NCBI GenBank assembly: GCA_041750285.1
Contig: JBGSZS010000019.1
Coordinates: forward strand, 96,001-160,000
From: Candidatus Fermentibacteraceae bacterium
GTDB lineage: Bacteria > Fermentibacterota > Fermentibacteria > Fermentibacterales > JCC-6
DNA length: 64,000 bases
Reading direction: 5' to 3'
A program made the position numbers and the translations under genes. Numbering within the stretch: position 1 is the first letter of the stretch; the number at the start of each line of letters is the position of its first letter. The notes beneath the pieces were generated by a model. That model was not told the origin of the DNA. It did no database searches and saw nothing but the letters and a program-made list of their open reading frames with translations. Below are positions 46,901 through 58,431 of this stretch, in pieces.

Positions 46901-47663
46901 GGTAAGCCTGCAGTTCTTCATGCCGGTACAGGCCGACACGGGGTCGCTGGCCCGCGCCCACGCTCCCGGAACCAACGGAGCGCTTCAGCACGTGGCCTGG
47001 GACCAGTGGTTCGCCGTTGCTGATTCGGGGGGGTATTCAAGCGATTCCATAGGTCCCGCGATATCCATGCGGCACGTGAAGGCTGGCATGGCCAATCTGC
47101 TCATGGCAGAACTGGAGGATGAGAGCGGCATAAGCATCTTCGGCTCGTCCGCGGGACGGGCCATCCTTCTGTCCATCGACTCCCAGGGGATCGATGTGAG
47201 CTCCTTTTTCCAGTACCTTCCGGGAAGCCATACCCGGGGCGTTCTTACCTACACGCTTCCAGACCTTGCCCCTGGCGGGCACACTCTTATCCTCGCCGCC
47301 TGGGACGGCATGGGGAACGGTTCGCTCGACACGCTCGAGATAACCGTAACCGCCGACGGTGATCAGCTCCTTGGCGGAGTGGCTGTCTTCCCGAACCCCT
47401 GCGCTGGGGAGCGGGCCTTCATCTTCGAAACCACCGAACCCGGCCAGATCGGCGCAACGGTTTACACCGTGGCCGGCAGACCGGTCTGGCAGGGAATGAC
47501 CTCACATGCCGGAGGCACCGGCCAGCTCGTCTGGAACGGCCTTGACGCGGACGGCGACCGGCCGGCGGCGGGGGCCTACATCTACAGGGTCACGCTTGAG
47601 ACCACCGACGGCAGAAGGGCCTCAAGCAGCGGTCTGCTAGCCGTCTCCCCGGAGCGGTTATGA
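43959..47663 (+). CDS. porU: C25 (gingipain-family) cysteine peptidase, PorU-like sortase, with a C-terminal FlgD-Ig/T9SS domain (copy 1)
   Basis: VTETGFYAVT, EVYDEFNQG, LLLVGD, VSRLP, FYGHG, ASCNTG, DSIGP, AWDGMGN, FPNP...WNG...GAYIY. Confidence 0.78.
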   Translation: MTGLQVLLAVLAGSFSTTVETGTATLTPQGGAFRPELPGMHCVPSTGGVLSPSRVFFVPVPPGVRPVLDFNVDAVSATGWDAMPWALVPAVAGSGMEMTEIHASTLSVPPSDAVTMRVIPLAGTRVAMVTVDPFCFGDLSRYASRVSFSVSWPERGGGRPLSGSLLEGVAPGGSLWWRDRQRSVESPFWGKPWARISVTETGFYAVTGQQLQDAGCQVAGMPSESFSMISGPGMPFVLEDYADEHVPEPVALSVSDGGDGLFDPADTLFFYGSALVRTVPEGDSLGHTWHRYDDSNTYWLTWGGSPGVRMENSDASLQGYPQWGTTAPHLLWLEQEYTWYVEEDRTGWCWSPIPQGSPSYIYFSPPPGSSGRTMRVSIMHPRIGSGSDSLVLNGVTVVDTTFLINRYTWLWCIDDPPLNQGMNTLKIWSSNTEGSSAFNYLELELETPLAPDRQLFFLDRPAGSYTFEVPGVEPGARAFLTGSPFRPVELVNWTLSGGVAGMSIDTDPAGSVWIVNPGSYLQPASVEYAQPGRIVGTGLEGDVMVLFPESLIEYASAIEAVYAARGLSIFPATYREVYDEFNQGVESPGAVRSFVRHALDHWVVPPQALLLVGDSNHDPLGHSTGARPLSPLFRTIGASDNKYGAGDGGFVTVHEGAIAPEIPVSRLPVSSGAELQEYLDRLTAYEQSRSDGTWANRVVIAADDEWNGSIFSETVHTLAAETFVNSVLPFSVNVEKVYLVNYPWPQGTSPDGVHPEKPQAREDFVNAINQGCSMVVFYGHGSYNQIAQENLFSTLDVPGLVNHPRLPVAFFASCNTGQFDMLGAECFSEMLVNNLQGGAIAAIGSSDISTAPQNTQLLSVFLESVYGPQRMSVSKALWKARIEAPGFYWNHYYNVLGDGGVVPPMGDGGGTVLQVPASGLLRGRLNSVEIGFPSQRTFQVSVSESGDSVVYVSPLSGVSIPWIRFGESAFRGISETGPDGTVSLQFFMPVQADTGSLARAHAPGTNGALQHVAWDQWFAVADSGGYSSDSIGPAISMRHVKAGMANLLMAELEDESGISIFGSSAGRAILLSIDSQGIDVSSFFQYLPGSHTRGVLTYTLPDLAPGGHTLILAAWDGMGNGSLDTLEITVTADGDQLLGGVAVFPNPCAGERAFIFETTEPGQIGATVYTVAGRPVWQGMTSHAGGTGQLVWNGLDADGDRPAAGAYIYRVTLETTDGRRASSSGLLAVSPERL

Positions 47664-48394
47664 ACGGATACGAAGAGGCTAAGATCCTTCTTGACAGCTC
47701 CAAACGCACGCTGGTGTTCACCGGAGCGGGAATGTCCAGTGAAAGCGGATTGTCGACATTCCGCGGCACCGGTGGTCTCTGGAACGACTTCTCCGCCCAG
47801 GAGCTCTCGTCCATAGAGGGGTTGCGCACCAATCCGGGCATGGTCTGGGAGTGGTACGGCAAACGCTTCGTGGCCAGGAGCGGAGTCGTTCCCCACCCCG
47901 GATACCTTGCCCTTGTGCACCTGCAGAACCGGAAAGGCAGGCTGCCGGTTGTCACGCAGAACGTGGACGGGCTTCACCAGGCCGCCGGGCTCACCGAAGT
48001 CTACGAGCTCCACGGCTCAATGCGAACCGTCTCCTGCCTCGACGATTGCGGGTTCTCCGCCGATTTCAGCGATGAGCATCTGAAGGTTCTCCCCCCGAGA
48101 TGTCCCGGCTGCGGCGCGGTTCTAAGGCCGGATGTAGTCCTCTTCGGCGAATCACTTCCCGAGATGGTCATAAGGGACGCCTTTCGACTCGCGGGCAACT
48201 GGGCCGACCTTCTTCTGGTGGTTGGCACCAGCATGCTGGTCTGGCCCGCTGCGGGCATACCCTGGGAGGCTCTTCAGTCGGGGGTCGAGATAGTCGAGCT
48301 GAACCCCGAGCCAACAAGCCTCTCGAAGGCTCCCGGTGTGATCTGGATCCCTGGAAGGGCCGCCGAGATCCTTCCGGGTCTATTGGAGGAGTGA
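47660..48394 (+). CDS. cobB: NAD-dependent protein deacylase (sirtuin)
   Basis: TGAGMSSESGLSTFRG, TQNVDGLH, ELHGS, CxxC...CPGC, RPDVVLFGE, GTS. Confidence 0.93.
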   Translation: MNGYEEAKILLDSSKRTLVFTGAGMSSESGLSTFRGTGGLWNDFSAQELSSIEGLRTNPGMVWEWYGKRFVARSGVVPHPGYLALVHLQNRKGRLPVVTQNVDGLHQAAGLTEVYELHGSMRTVSCLDDCGFSADFSDEHLKVLPPRCPGCGAVLRPDVVLFGESLPEMVIRDAFRLAGNWADLLLVVGTSMLVWPAAGIPWEALQSGVEIVELNPEPTSLSKAPGVIWIPGRAAEILPGLLEE

Positions 48395-51300
48395 TGCTCA
48401 CAGCGTTTTGTCTCTTTCTTCTATCCGGTTCGTGGCACGGGGCCGAGGAGTTCGGAGCACCGGTCCAGGGCCCCGGGGGTTCAGCCCGGATCGGGGATTG
48501 CGTGAACATCGTGGAAGAGGGTGTTCCATCTCTTCCTGTGAGGACCGTGTTCATTCCGGTCCCACCGGGTTGCTCTCCCGAGCTTTCAGCGGTGGCAACC
48601 CGAGAGGGGACCCTCGAGCGTGAACTGATCGAGACGGCCAGTCTCGCCGGTCCCCCTGCAGTTCTCCGGGGAACCGTCCCACTGGCCGGAGGCTTTTTCG
48701 CGGTCATCGATGTATTCCCCTACCAGGGGGGGAACAGGTACTTTGCGAGGATCGAACTCGACCTTGTCTGGGAGGATGTGCGAGGAGCCCCCTCCGCCCG
48801 GCCCGTTCCCGCGGGAAGCCTTGTTTCGGGTGTGTCTCCCGGGCTCGCGAGCTACTGGCCGCTGCCACGGAGCAGGGCGGAAAGCCCGTTCTACGGAAGG
48901 CCGTGGGCAAGGATCCCGGTGGAGGAAACCGGTCCCGTTGCGGTGAGCGGCGCCATGCTGGAAGCTGCCGGCTGCGGTTCTGGACATTCCGTTGAAAGCC
49001 TGGGTCTCTACTCCGGCCCTGGAACGGTCTTCGAAACATCCCCCGAAGACGAACACGTGCTAACGGAAACGGCCTTCCTTGTGGACGACAGGAACGGCGA
49101 CGGTATCCTCGATCCTGATGACAGGGTTCTTTTCTACGCTTTCTCATTGAACCGCTGGATCACGCAGGACGGTGAATTCCAGCGCCTTGTGCACAGGTAT
49201 GCTTCCCACAGGATCTACTGGCTCACATGGGGGGGCGCTCCGGGAGCGAGGATGGATGAGCGGGAAGCATCACCCTCGGCCCCTCCCTGGGAAAACGGAA
49301 ATCCCCACATGCTAACCATCGAGGAGGACGTCCTCTGGTACCCTGACCAGAGCGACGACACGGGATGGGTCCAGGAGAAGCTCGAAGGCGGAGGGTCGGT
49401 GACGATCCCCTACTCCCTCCCCGGCTTTGCACAGGGCCCCGGGGCTCTCTTTTCAGTACGCATGGCCCTTGATGAAACGACCCAATGCACGGTGAACCTT
49501 TACGTGAACGGAGTGCTCAAGGGTTCAAGACAGGTCAACGGGTCCGGTCCTGCAACCGTCGATTTTGCCGACCTTTCAATTGCCGCGTCCGGAAACGTCA
49601 GACTGGATTTCGATGTTGCGACGGGAACGGTGCTTTACGACGGTCTGGACATCAGGTACGACAGAATCCCCCAGGCGGACGGAGAGCCTGTATTCTTTCA
49701 GGGATCGGGTGGAAACACTCCCTTCACGGTCGCCTTCTCCGGGGCCGAAGAGGGAGTTCTCGCCCTTGACCTCACCACGCCCGACTCGCCGGTGCTTCTC
49801 ACGGGAGTCGAGCCCGAGTCGGGTATTCTCGCTGTTGAAGTGGATGTTTCGATCGGAACGGTTGTCTGCGCCGTCAACCCGGATGCCTTTTCGCCGCCCG
49901 ATTCCATCGAAGCGGCCTCTCCGGGCAGGCTGGTGGGCACGGTGACATCGGGAGACAAGCTCATCGTCGTTCCGGAGATACTTCTGGAAGGCGCGTGGGC
50001 AGTTGCCGCCGTTGAGGAACAACTGGGGCACCGCACCGTCGTGGCGACGACCAGGGAGATCTACGACGAGTTCGGACAGGGCGTTGCCGACCCGGGAGCG
50101 ATCCGTTCCGCCGTGAGATGGGCAATGGATTCGTGGGATCAGGGCTGCCGGGAGCTTCTGCTAGTGGGCGACGGCCACTACGACTTCTTCAACCGCACCT
50201 CCAGCCAGCCCGTGATGATCCCCCCCTGGATCCGCCTCAACGGCACGCAGGATCCGCCATGCGTGGATGACTGGTATGCAATGGTGCACGAGAACGCTGT
50301 GCTTCCCGAGATTCCCGTTGCGCGGCTCCCAGTCGATTCGCCCCTCAAACTCCAGACCATGGTGGAGAATGCCGTGACGCTTCAATCCGGCGTCGCGGCG
50401 GGAAGCTGGATGAACCGCTGCGTGCTTCTCGCCGATGACGAATGGGGCAACGGCAACTCGGCCCGGGAGAGCTTTCATACCGAGGACTTCGAGAGTCTCG
50501 TGGCCACCACCCTTCCTCGAAGCCTCAGAAGGGTGAAGTTCTACCTTGTCGACTACCCCTGGCCGCCAGGCACTTCACCCGACGGCGTCCATCCGGAGAA
50601 ACCCGAAGCGCGTGAAGATTTTCTGGAGCTGTGGAACAGGGGGATGGGGTGCCTCGTCTTCATGGGCCATGGTTCGGCGAACCAGGTCACCCACGAAAAG
50701 GTATTCCGCCTGCAGGATGTCCCCGCCCTTCAGAACGACGGAAGGTTGCCTCTGGTCATCCTTTCGAGCTGCGATCTCTCGGCGTTCGACACCCCCGGCG
50801 CCGAGTCTATCGGAGAGGCTCTTGTCTACTCCGCGGGTGGAGGAGCCCTTTCCACAGTTGCCGCGACCCGGAAAACATTCCCCGGACCAACGGCGAACTA
50901 CGGCTTCACCCGGGTCCTGCTGGACAGTCTCTACAACTCGGGCACCCCTTCCGGGATGGCGGTCTGGCACTCCAAACTGGCAAATTCCATAAGCTACGGC
51001 AACAACAGGTATTACGTCCTGTTCGGCATCCCCGGTCTTCAGGTACCCAGACCCGACGGGCTTCCCCTGATCCGGATCGAGCGTGACACGCTTTTCACGG
51101 GCGAGCTGAACATCGTCAGCGGAAACGCCGGCTTCTCTTCCGGCCTGGTCCTTCTTGAAGTTCTGGAGTCGGGACTGCCGAGGGTCTATGACATGCTCGG
51201 TGGCGGGGAGATCGAGTACCTGCAGGACGGCGGCACGGCATGGAGGGGCGCCGCAACGCTTACCGAAGGTGTTTTTTCAGCGGAATGCCGCATTCCCGCT

Positions 51301-52074
51301 CAGGCGAGACCCGGAAGCACAGCCCGGGCGGAAGGCAACGCCCTTGCCCTGGCCGCAGTGAGGGCCGATGCGGTGGACCCTGCCGTCATGGTGACCGGCG
51401 AACCACCCACGGGGGACGATCAGGGTCCGGCCATTGAGATGTGGATTCAGGGGCACAGGGGGGTGGAAAACCCCGTCGTTACAGGTTCGGCGGTTTTCCA
51501 GGCCGATCTGGCTGATTCCAGCGGGATTTGCTTCCTCGGGGGAGAGGGAACCAGACTGAGGCTTTTCATTGACGGATCCGAAAATGACATGGGCCCCTAC
51601 TTCAGCTACAACACCGGCAGCACCACGAGGGGAAGGGTGTCGTTCGACCTTCCCCTTCTCGTCCAGGGGCAGCACCTTCTGATCCTCCAGGCCACCGACG
51701 GGGTGGGAAACCCCTCGAGCGACAGCCTCACCGTCACCGTTGCCCAGCCCGGCGAGACGGTGTTCAGCCAGGTCATTGTCTACCCCAACCCCGGAGCCGG
51801 CCAAAGGTGCTTCAGCTTCGTTCTTTCAGGAGACGCGTGGGTGAGCGTCGGGATCTACACTGTGGCCGGCCGCGAGATCGCACGGGTCTCCGGTCAGTGC
51901 AGCGTCGGGTACAACCAGCTCATCTGGGACGGACTCGACAGCGACGGCGACCCTCCCGCAACAGGCGCATACATATTCCAGCTGGGCGCCGATGCCTCTG
52001 CGGGAGGCGGGTTCATCAGAAGGGCCGTTCACAGCGGTGTTTTTGCGGTGGTGAATCAGGGGGGAGTTCCATGA
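48394..52074 (+). CDS. porU: C25 cysteine peptidase, PorU-like sortase, with a C-terminal FlgD-Ig/T9SS domain (copy 2)
   Basis: EIYDEFGQG, LLLVGDGHYD, VARLP, FMGHG, SSCD, DDQGP, YPNP...WDG...GAYIF. Confidence 0.78.
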   Translation: MLTAFCLFLLSGSWHGAEEFGAPVQGPGGSARIGDCVNIVEEGVPSLPVRTVFIPVPPGCSPELSAVATREGTLERELIETASLAGPPAVLRGTVPLAGGFFAVIDVFPYQGGNRYFARIELDLVWEDVRGAPSARPVPAGSLVSGVSPGLASYWPLPRSRAESPFYGRPWARIPVEETGPVAVSGAMLEAAGCGSGHSVESLGLYSGPGTVFETSPEDEHVLTETAFLVDDRNGDGILDPDDRVLFYAFSLNRWITQDGEFQRLVHRYASHRIYWLTWGGAPGARMDEREASPSAPPWENGNPHMLTIEEDVLWYPDQSDDTGWVQEKLEGGGSVTIPYSLPGFAQGPGALFSVRMALDETTQCTVNLYVNGVLKGSRQVNGSGPATVDFADLSIAASGNVRLDFDVATGTVLYDGLDIRYDRIPQADGEPVFFQGSGGNTPFTVAFSGAEEGVLALDLTTPDSPVLLTGVEPESGILAVEVDVSIGTVVCAVNPDAFSPPDSIEAASPGRLVGTVTSGDKLIVVPEILLEGAWAVAAVEEQLGHRTVVATTREIYDEFGQGVADPGAIRSAVRWAMDSWDQGCRELLLVGDGHYDFFNRTSSQPVMIPPWIRLNGTQDPPCVDDWYAMVHENAVLPEIPVARLPVDSPLKLQTMVENAVTLQSGVAAGSWMNRCVLLADDEWGNGNSARESFHTEDFESLVATTLPRSLRRVKFYLVDYPWPPGTSPDGVHPEKPEAREDFLELWNRGMGCLVFMGHGSANQVTHEKVFRLQDVPALQNDGRLPLVILSSCDLSAFDTPGAESIGEALVYSAGGGALSTVAATRKTFPGPTANYGFTRVLLDSLYNSGTPSGMAVWHSKLANSISYGNNRYYVLFGIPGLQVPRPDGLPLIRIERDTLFTGELNIVSGNAGFSSGLVLLEVLESGLPRVYDMLGGGEIEYLQDGGTAWRGAATLTEGVFSAECRIPAQARPGSTARAEGNALALAAVRADAVDPAVMVTGEPPTGDDQGPAIEMWIQGHRGVENPVVTGSAVFQADLADSSGICFLGGEGTRLRLFIDGSENDMGPYFSYNTGSTTRGRVSFDLPLLVQGQHLLILQATDGVGNPSSDSLTVTVAQPGETVFSQVIVYPNPGAGQRCFSFVLSGDAWVSVGIYTVAGREIARVSGQCSVGYNQLIWDGLDSDGDPPATGAYIFQLGADASAGGGFIRRAVHSGVFAVVNQGGVP

Positions 52075-53228
52075 CCGGTACTGAACCTTCAGGCAAGATA
52101 TCCTGGCTGTGGAAACAGGTGGAGGACGCCCGGGATGCGAAAGATGCCGAGCGAGCCCGGGAAGGGCTCAGCAGGCTGCTGGCTTCACAGGAGATAAGGG
52201 GCACGCCGGACAGGGACCTTGCCCTGCTTTACCTTGCCCAACTGGAGATGGAGGAGGGAAGGGTTTCCGATGTGGCAAGAAGGCTTCAGGACTTTCAGTG
52301 GCACGGCATCCCCGGACCGGCGGCCCTGCTTCTGGCATCGGACATCTTCATGAGGCTTGACTGGTACGAAAGGTCCCTCGAGGCCATGACCGGATATCTC
52401 GAGCACTACCCTCAGGATACCGACGCACTTAGAAAAAGGGGGCTCCTCCTGCTCATGCTCAACCGCGACCCCGAAGCCGAGAAGATCCTGAACTCGGTTG
52501 CCCGGCGGGAGAAGTACCGGATTCCCTCTACACTCTCCTATCTGGCTATGCTCGAAGCAAAGAGGGGCAACCTGGAGGAGAGCCTGCACCTGCTTCTGCA
52601 GGCCCGTGACCTTGCCCCGTTCGACGAGAGGATCGAGCACACCCTCCTGCGCATCGAAGCCCTCAGGGTGAGGTTTCGTAGATCGGTCATCGAACACGAC
52701 GACATCCCCCTCGAAAACGCCGTGTCCGGCATGGCCGCCGGAATGCTGGGGCTTCACGGCTACAGCAGGGAAAAGGCCCGCAGGGCCGCGTACCTGTGGA
52801 GCCACTTCTGCGCCCTGAAAAAACCAGCGGGGAGGAAACCCGCCATCTGGGCCGCCGCGCTGGAGTACGCGGTCACCCGGAACGGCCCCCACTACACACA
52901 GGAGCAGCTGGCCGGGGAGTATGGGGTCTCGGCCACTCAATTGGGTGAGCATTACCGTCTGCTTGCGGCCACGGTTGACATCGACAGCCCGTTCGATCCC
53001 CTCGACGAGGCCGCACGGGAAGGTGAGAACCTGAGCCTCGAGACCCGCAGGGAAGAGATGGCCGATGTTCTCGCCGGGCTTTCCGGAAGGCTGGGAACGT
53101 TTTCCGAACCAGGTGATGCTGTCGAGTGGGTATTGAAGCAGGTCCCTCCCCTTGACGAACCACAGCGCCGGGAAGTTGAGGACTTTGTAGCATATATCTG
53201 GCGAAAGCACAGGCGTACAGGGATTTAA
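52071..53228 (+). CDS. TPR protein with a C-terminal TFIIB/cyclin-like HTH region
   Basis: TPR helices (YLEHYPQD, ARDLAPFD); GRKPAIWAAALEY...TQEQLAGEYGVSATQL. Confidence 0.7.
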   Translation: MTGTEPSGKISWLWKQVEDARDAKDAERAREGLSRLLASQEIRGTPDRDLALLYLAQLEMEEGRVSDVARRLQDFQWHGIPGPAALLLASDIFMRLDWYERSLEAMTGYLEHYPQDTDALRKRGLLLLMLNRDPEAEKILNSVARREKYRIPSTLSYLAMLEAKRGNLEESLHLLLQARDLAPFDERIEHTLLRIEALRVRFRRSVIEHDDIPLENAVSGMAAGMLGLHGYSREKARRAAYLWSHFCALKKPAGRKPAIWAAALEYAVTRNGPHYTQEQLAGEYGVSATQLGEHYRLLAATVDIDSPFDPLDEAAREGENLSLETRREEMADVLAGLSGRLGTFSEPGDAVEWVLKQVPPLDEPQRREVEDFVAYIWRKHRRTGI

Positions 53229-53240
53229 GCCGAATCGTCG

Positions 53241-53269
53241 TTGCGCCGTAAAGCTTCATCCGCTATATT
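53241..53269 (+). promoter_or_regulatory. Sigma70-type promoter of ppdK
   Basis: TTGCGC-17 nt-TATATT. Confidence 0.55.
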
Positions 53270-53321
53270 TTGACTCTCAGACCATTTTCCTTTCTCAATC
53301 AACCCAGAGGACACGAAACTG

Positions 53322-56090
<2,769 letters not shown>

Positions 56091-56102
56091 GAGGGAAACG
56101 CC

Positions 56103-58427
56103 CTGAAAAGGCCTGAAGTGCTTCTGGCCATGGGCGGGTCCACACTGCGGGAAACCACCGTTGAGGCCCTTCTGAAGGAGGGTCTCACGGTATTGACTGC
56201 CGACAACGGCATGAAGGCCGCCGGTCTGGCCTGTGACAGCAGACCGGGCGTCGTTGTGGCTTCTGCGCTTCTGCCCTTTCTGGACGGCATCCGCCTTTGC
56301 CGGTTCCTGAAGTCCCATCCGGGAACGGTGGGAACACCAGTGGTGATCTTCATTCCCGACGGCAACCGGAACCTGAGGTTCAGGGCAGAGCTGGCCGGCG
56401 CCGACGCCGTCCTGCCCTATTCGCACCCGGCGCCAAGCCTCGCCAGAAAGCTTTCCACCCTTGCAGCTGGGAACCCTGCGGGCGGCTCGTCCACCCACCC
56501 CGACAGCGACCAGATCCTGCATTCGCTTTCCGAAACCCTGCTGGAGCAGCTCGAGCGGCTCGAGACAGTTGCGGGGCTCGCCGAAGGCTTGAGAACCTCG
56601 GTGACCGTCCAGGAGCTCTTCAGAAGGCTTGCAGTTGCGGTTCTTGTTGGACTGGGATTCGAAAGGGTCTGGGGTGGCGGCAGGCACCCCGATGGAACCC
56701 GCTTTGAAGTGCACGTTGCCATGGGCACCGGAATCTCCCGGAAGCCCATCGAACTCCGCCAGTCCGATTCGCCTGCGGCCATCGCCGTGAGAGAACGGAG
56801 GCAGGTGCGTTCCTCAACTCTCGACGCTCCTCCCGGAATAATCGAGTGGTCCGGAACCTTTGACTACCTTGACACTCCAATAGTTGCGGGTGGCGAAGTC
56901 CTCGGCCTGGTCAGGACCGACAGGGGGGCGACGGGACGACCCTTCACGCCTTGGGCCGCCGAGGGTGTCAGGATACTGGCAGACATGGCTGCTGGAAACC
57001 TGCTCGGCATGATGGCCCAGGAAAAGGTGGCAAGGTGCCTCGACGAATCCGCTGAACTGCTGAATGCCCTCGAAAGCGCTGTTGTCTGCGTTGATTCACG
57101 TGGGCTCATAACCGAGGCCAGGGGCAACACAAGTGCCCTTCTGGGGCGCGAATCCCATCATCTGGTGGGTGAGAGCTTCAAGGCGGCCGTGGTTCTCAGG
57201 GGTGTCGATCAGGAGGACCTTGCGGCATCGGCTTTCGCCGGGAATCCTGAGAGCGCCTCGGGTGTGATAGCCGACAACGCCAACGAAAGGGTCCTCGAGG
57301 TCAGGTATCTGCCGGGACGGGTCAGGGGACGCAGTGTTGAGAGCGTGAAGATCATCTTCAGCGACATGACCCGTGAGTATCAGCTTGGCCTCGAACTGCA
57401 GGACAGGACCCAGGAACTCGAGACGATATCGGGCATTTCCAGGGAACTCCAGGCCGTCTCCGACATCGACTCGGTCTGCTCCACACTGCTGAAAACCCTT
57501 CAGAGGCTCTACCCCAGGGAATGCCTGTCAATCCTTCTCGCGGGAAGCCTTGACGAGGGGGCTGTTCCCGAGGTCATGGTGGTCAAGGCGGAAAGGGGCT
57601 ACAGGGAAGAGTGGTCACCCGTGGGCCAGGTCCTCAAGATGACACCCGGCGGCAGGGGCGCCGTTCTCAGGGCCGTGTACTCCGCAAGACCCGTCAACAT
57701 CCGTGACACGGGCCAGACCATCGACTACGTTGCGAATCAGGAAGGCATCGCAAGCGAACTTGTCGTGCCCATGGTCAGCCAGGGAAGGATCGTCGGCGTC
57801 ATAGACCTTCAGAGTCCGGTCGCCTACCGTTACGAATCCGATGACGTCAGAAGGATACAGAAGATAGCCGAGCAGGCAGCAGGTGCAGTCGAAAGCGCTC
57901 TGATGCAGGACGAGCTTTTCGACATGGCCCGCCGGGACAGACTGACCGGCCTGCACAATCTCAGATACTTCGAGGAGAAGTACGCGGAGGAGTTCGACAG
58001 AGCCAGCCGGTACGGATACCCTTTTTCCCTCATCGTTCTGGATATCGACGATTTCAAGGTCTACAACGACACCTTCGGCCATCCCATGGGCAACCTGCTT
58101 TTGAAAAGGCTCACCGTTGCAGTGAGGAACGCCCTTCGCGAGGTTGACATACCCGTTCGCTACGGTGGCGAGGAGTTCGTTTGCATCCTTCCGCTGACAG
58201 ACATCAGGGTCGCCGAGGAGGTCGCCGAACGGATCAGGCAAAGGGTGCTGGACGCCAACCCGGACATACCGCATGCCGAGACGCAACCGGGAGGCTGTGT
58301 CAGCGTGAGCCTGGGCGTTGCGAGCTTCCCGGTTGACAGCAGGGAGCGCGACGAATTGTTCGAGATCGCCGACCAGCGCATGTACAGCGCCAAGAGAGCC
58401 GGCAAGAACCGTGTCTGTGCCCGCTGA
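56103..58427 (+). CDS. Diguanylate cyclase, REC(pseudo)-GAF-PAS-GAF-GGDEF
   Basis: DRLTGLHN, DIDDFKVYNDTFGH, REVD I-site, RYGGEEF, AKRAGKNRV. Start is CTG 56103 or GTG 56118. Confidence 0.88.
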   Translation: MKRPEVLLAMGGSTLRETTVEALLKEGLTVLTADNGMKAAGLACDSRPGVVVASALLPFLDGIRLCRFLKSHPGTVGTPVVIFIPDGNRNLRFRAELAGADAVLPYSHPAPSLARKLSTLAAGNPAGGSSTHPDSDQILHSLSETLLEQLERLETVAGLAEGLRTSVTVQELFRRLAVAVLVGLGFERVWGGGRHPDGTRFEVHVAMGTGISRKPIELRQSDSPAAIAVRERRQVRSSTLDAPPGIIEWSGTFDYLDTPIVAGGEVLGLVRTDRGATGRPFTPWAAEGVRILADMAAGNLLGMMAQEKVARCLDESAELLNALESAVVCVDSRGLITEARGNTSALLGRESHHLVGESFKAAVVLRGVDQEDLAASAFAGNPESASGVIADNANERVLEVRYLPGRVRGRSVESVKIIFSDMTREYQLGLELQDRTQELETISGISRELQAVSDIDSVCSTLLKTLQRLYPRECLSILLAGSLDEGAVPEVMVVKAERGYREEWSPVGQVLKMTPGGRGAVLRAVYSARPVNIRDTGQTIDYVANQEGIASELVVPMVSQGRIVGVIDLQSPVAYRYESDDVRRIQKIAEQAAGAVESALMQDELFDMARRDRLTGLHNLRYFEEKYAEEFDRASRYGYPFSLIVLDIDDFKVYNDTFGHPMGNLLLKRLTVAVRNALREVDIPVRYGGEEFVCILPLTDIRVAEEVAERIRQRVLDANPDIPHAETQPGGCVSVSLGVASFPVDSRERDELFEIADQRMYSAKRAGKNRVCAR

Positions 58428-58431
58428 GACC

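Noticed and set aside
47660..48394. Sirtuin as an anti-phage SIR2 (Thoeris/DSR-type) effector
   Set aside because: Short zinc-binding CobB-type deacylase with no defence partners nearby
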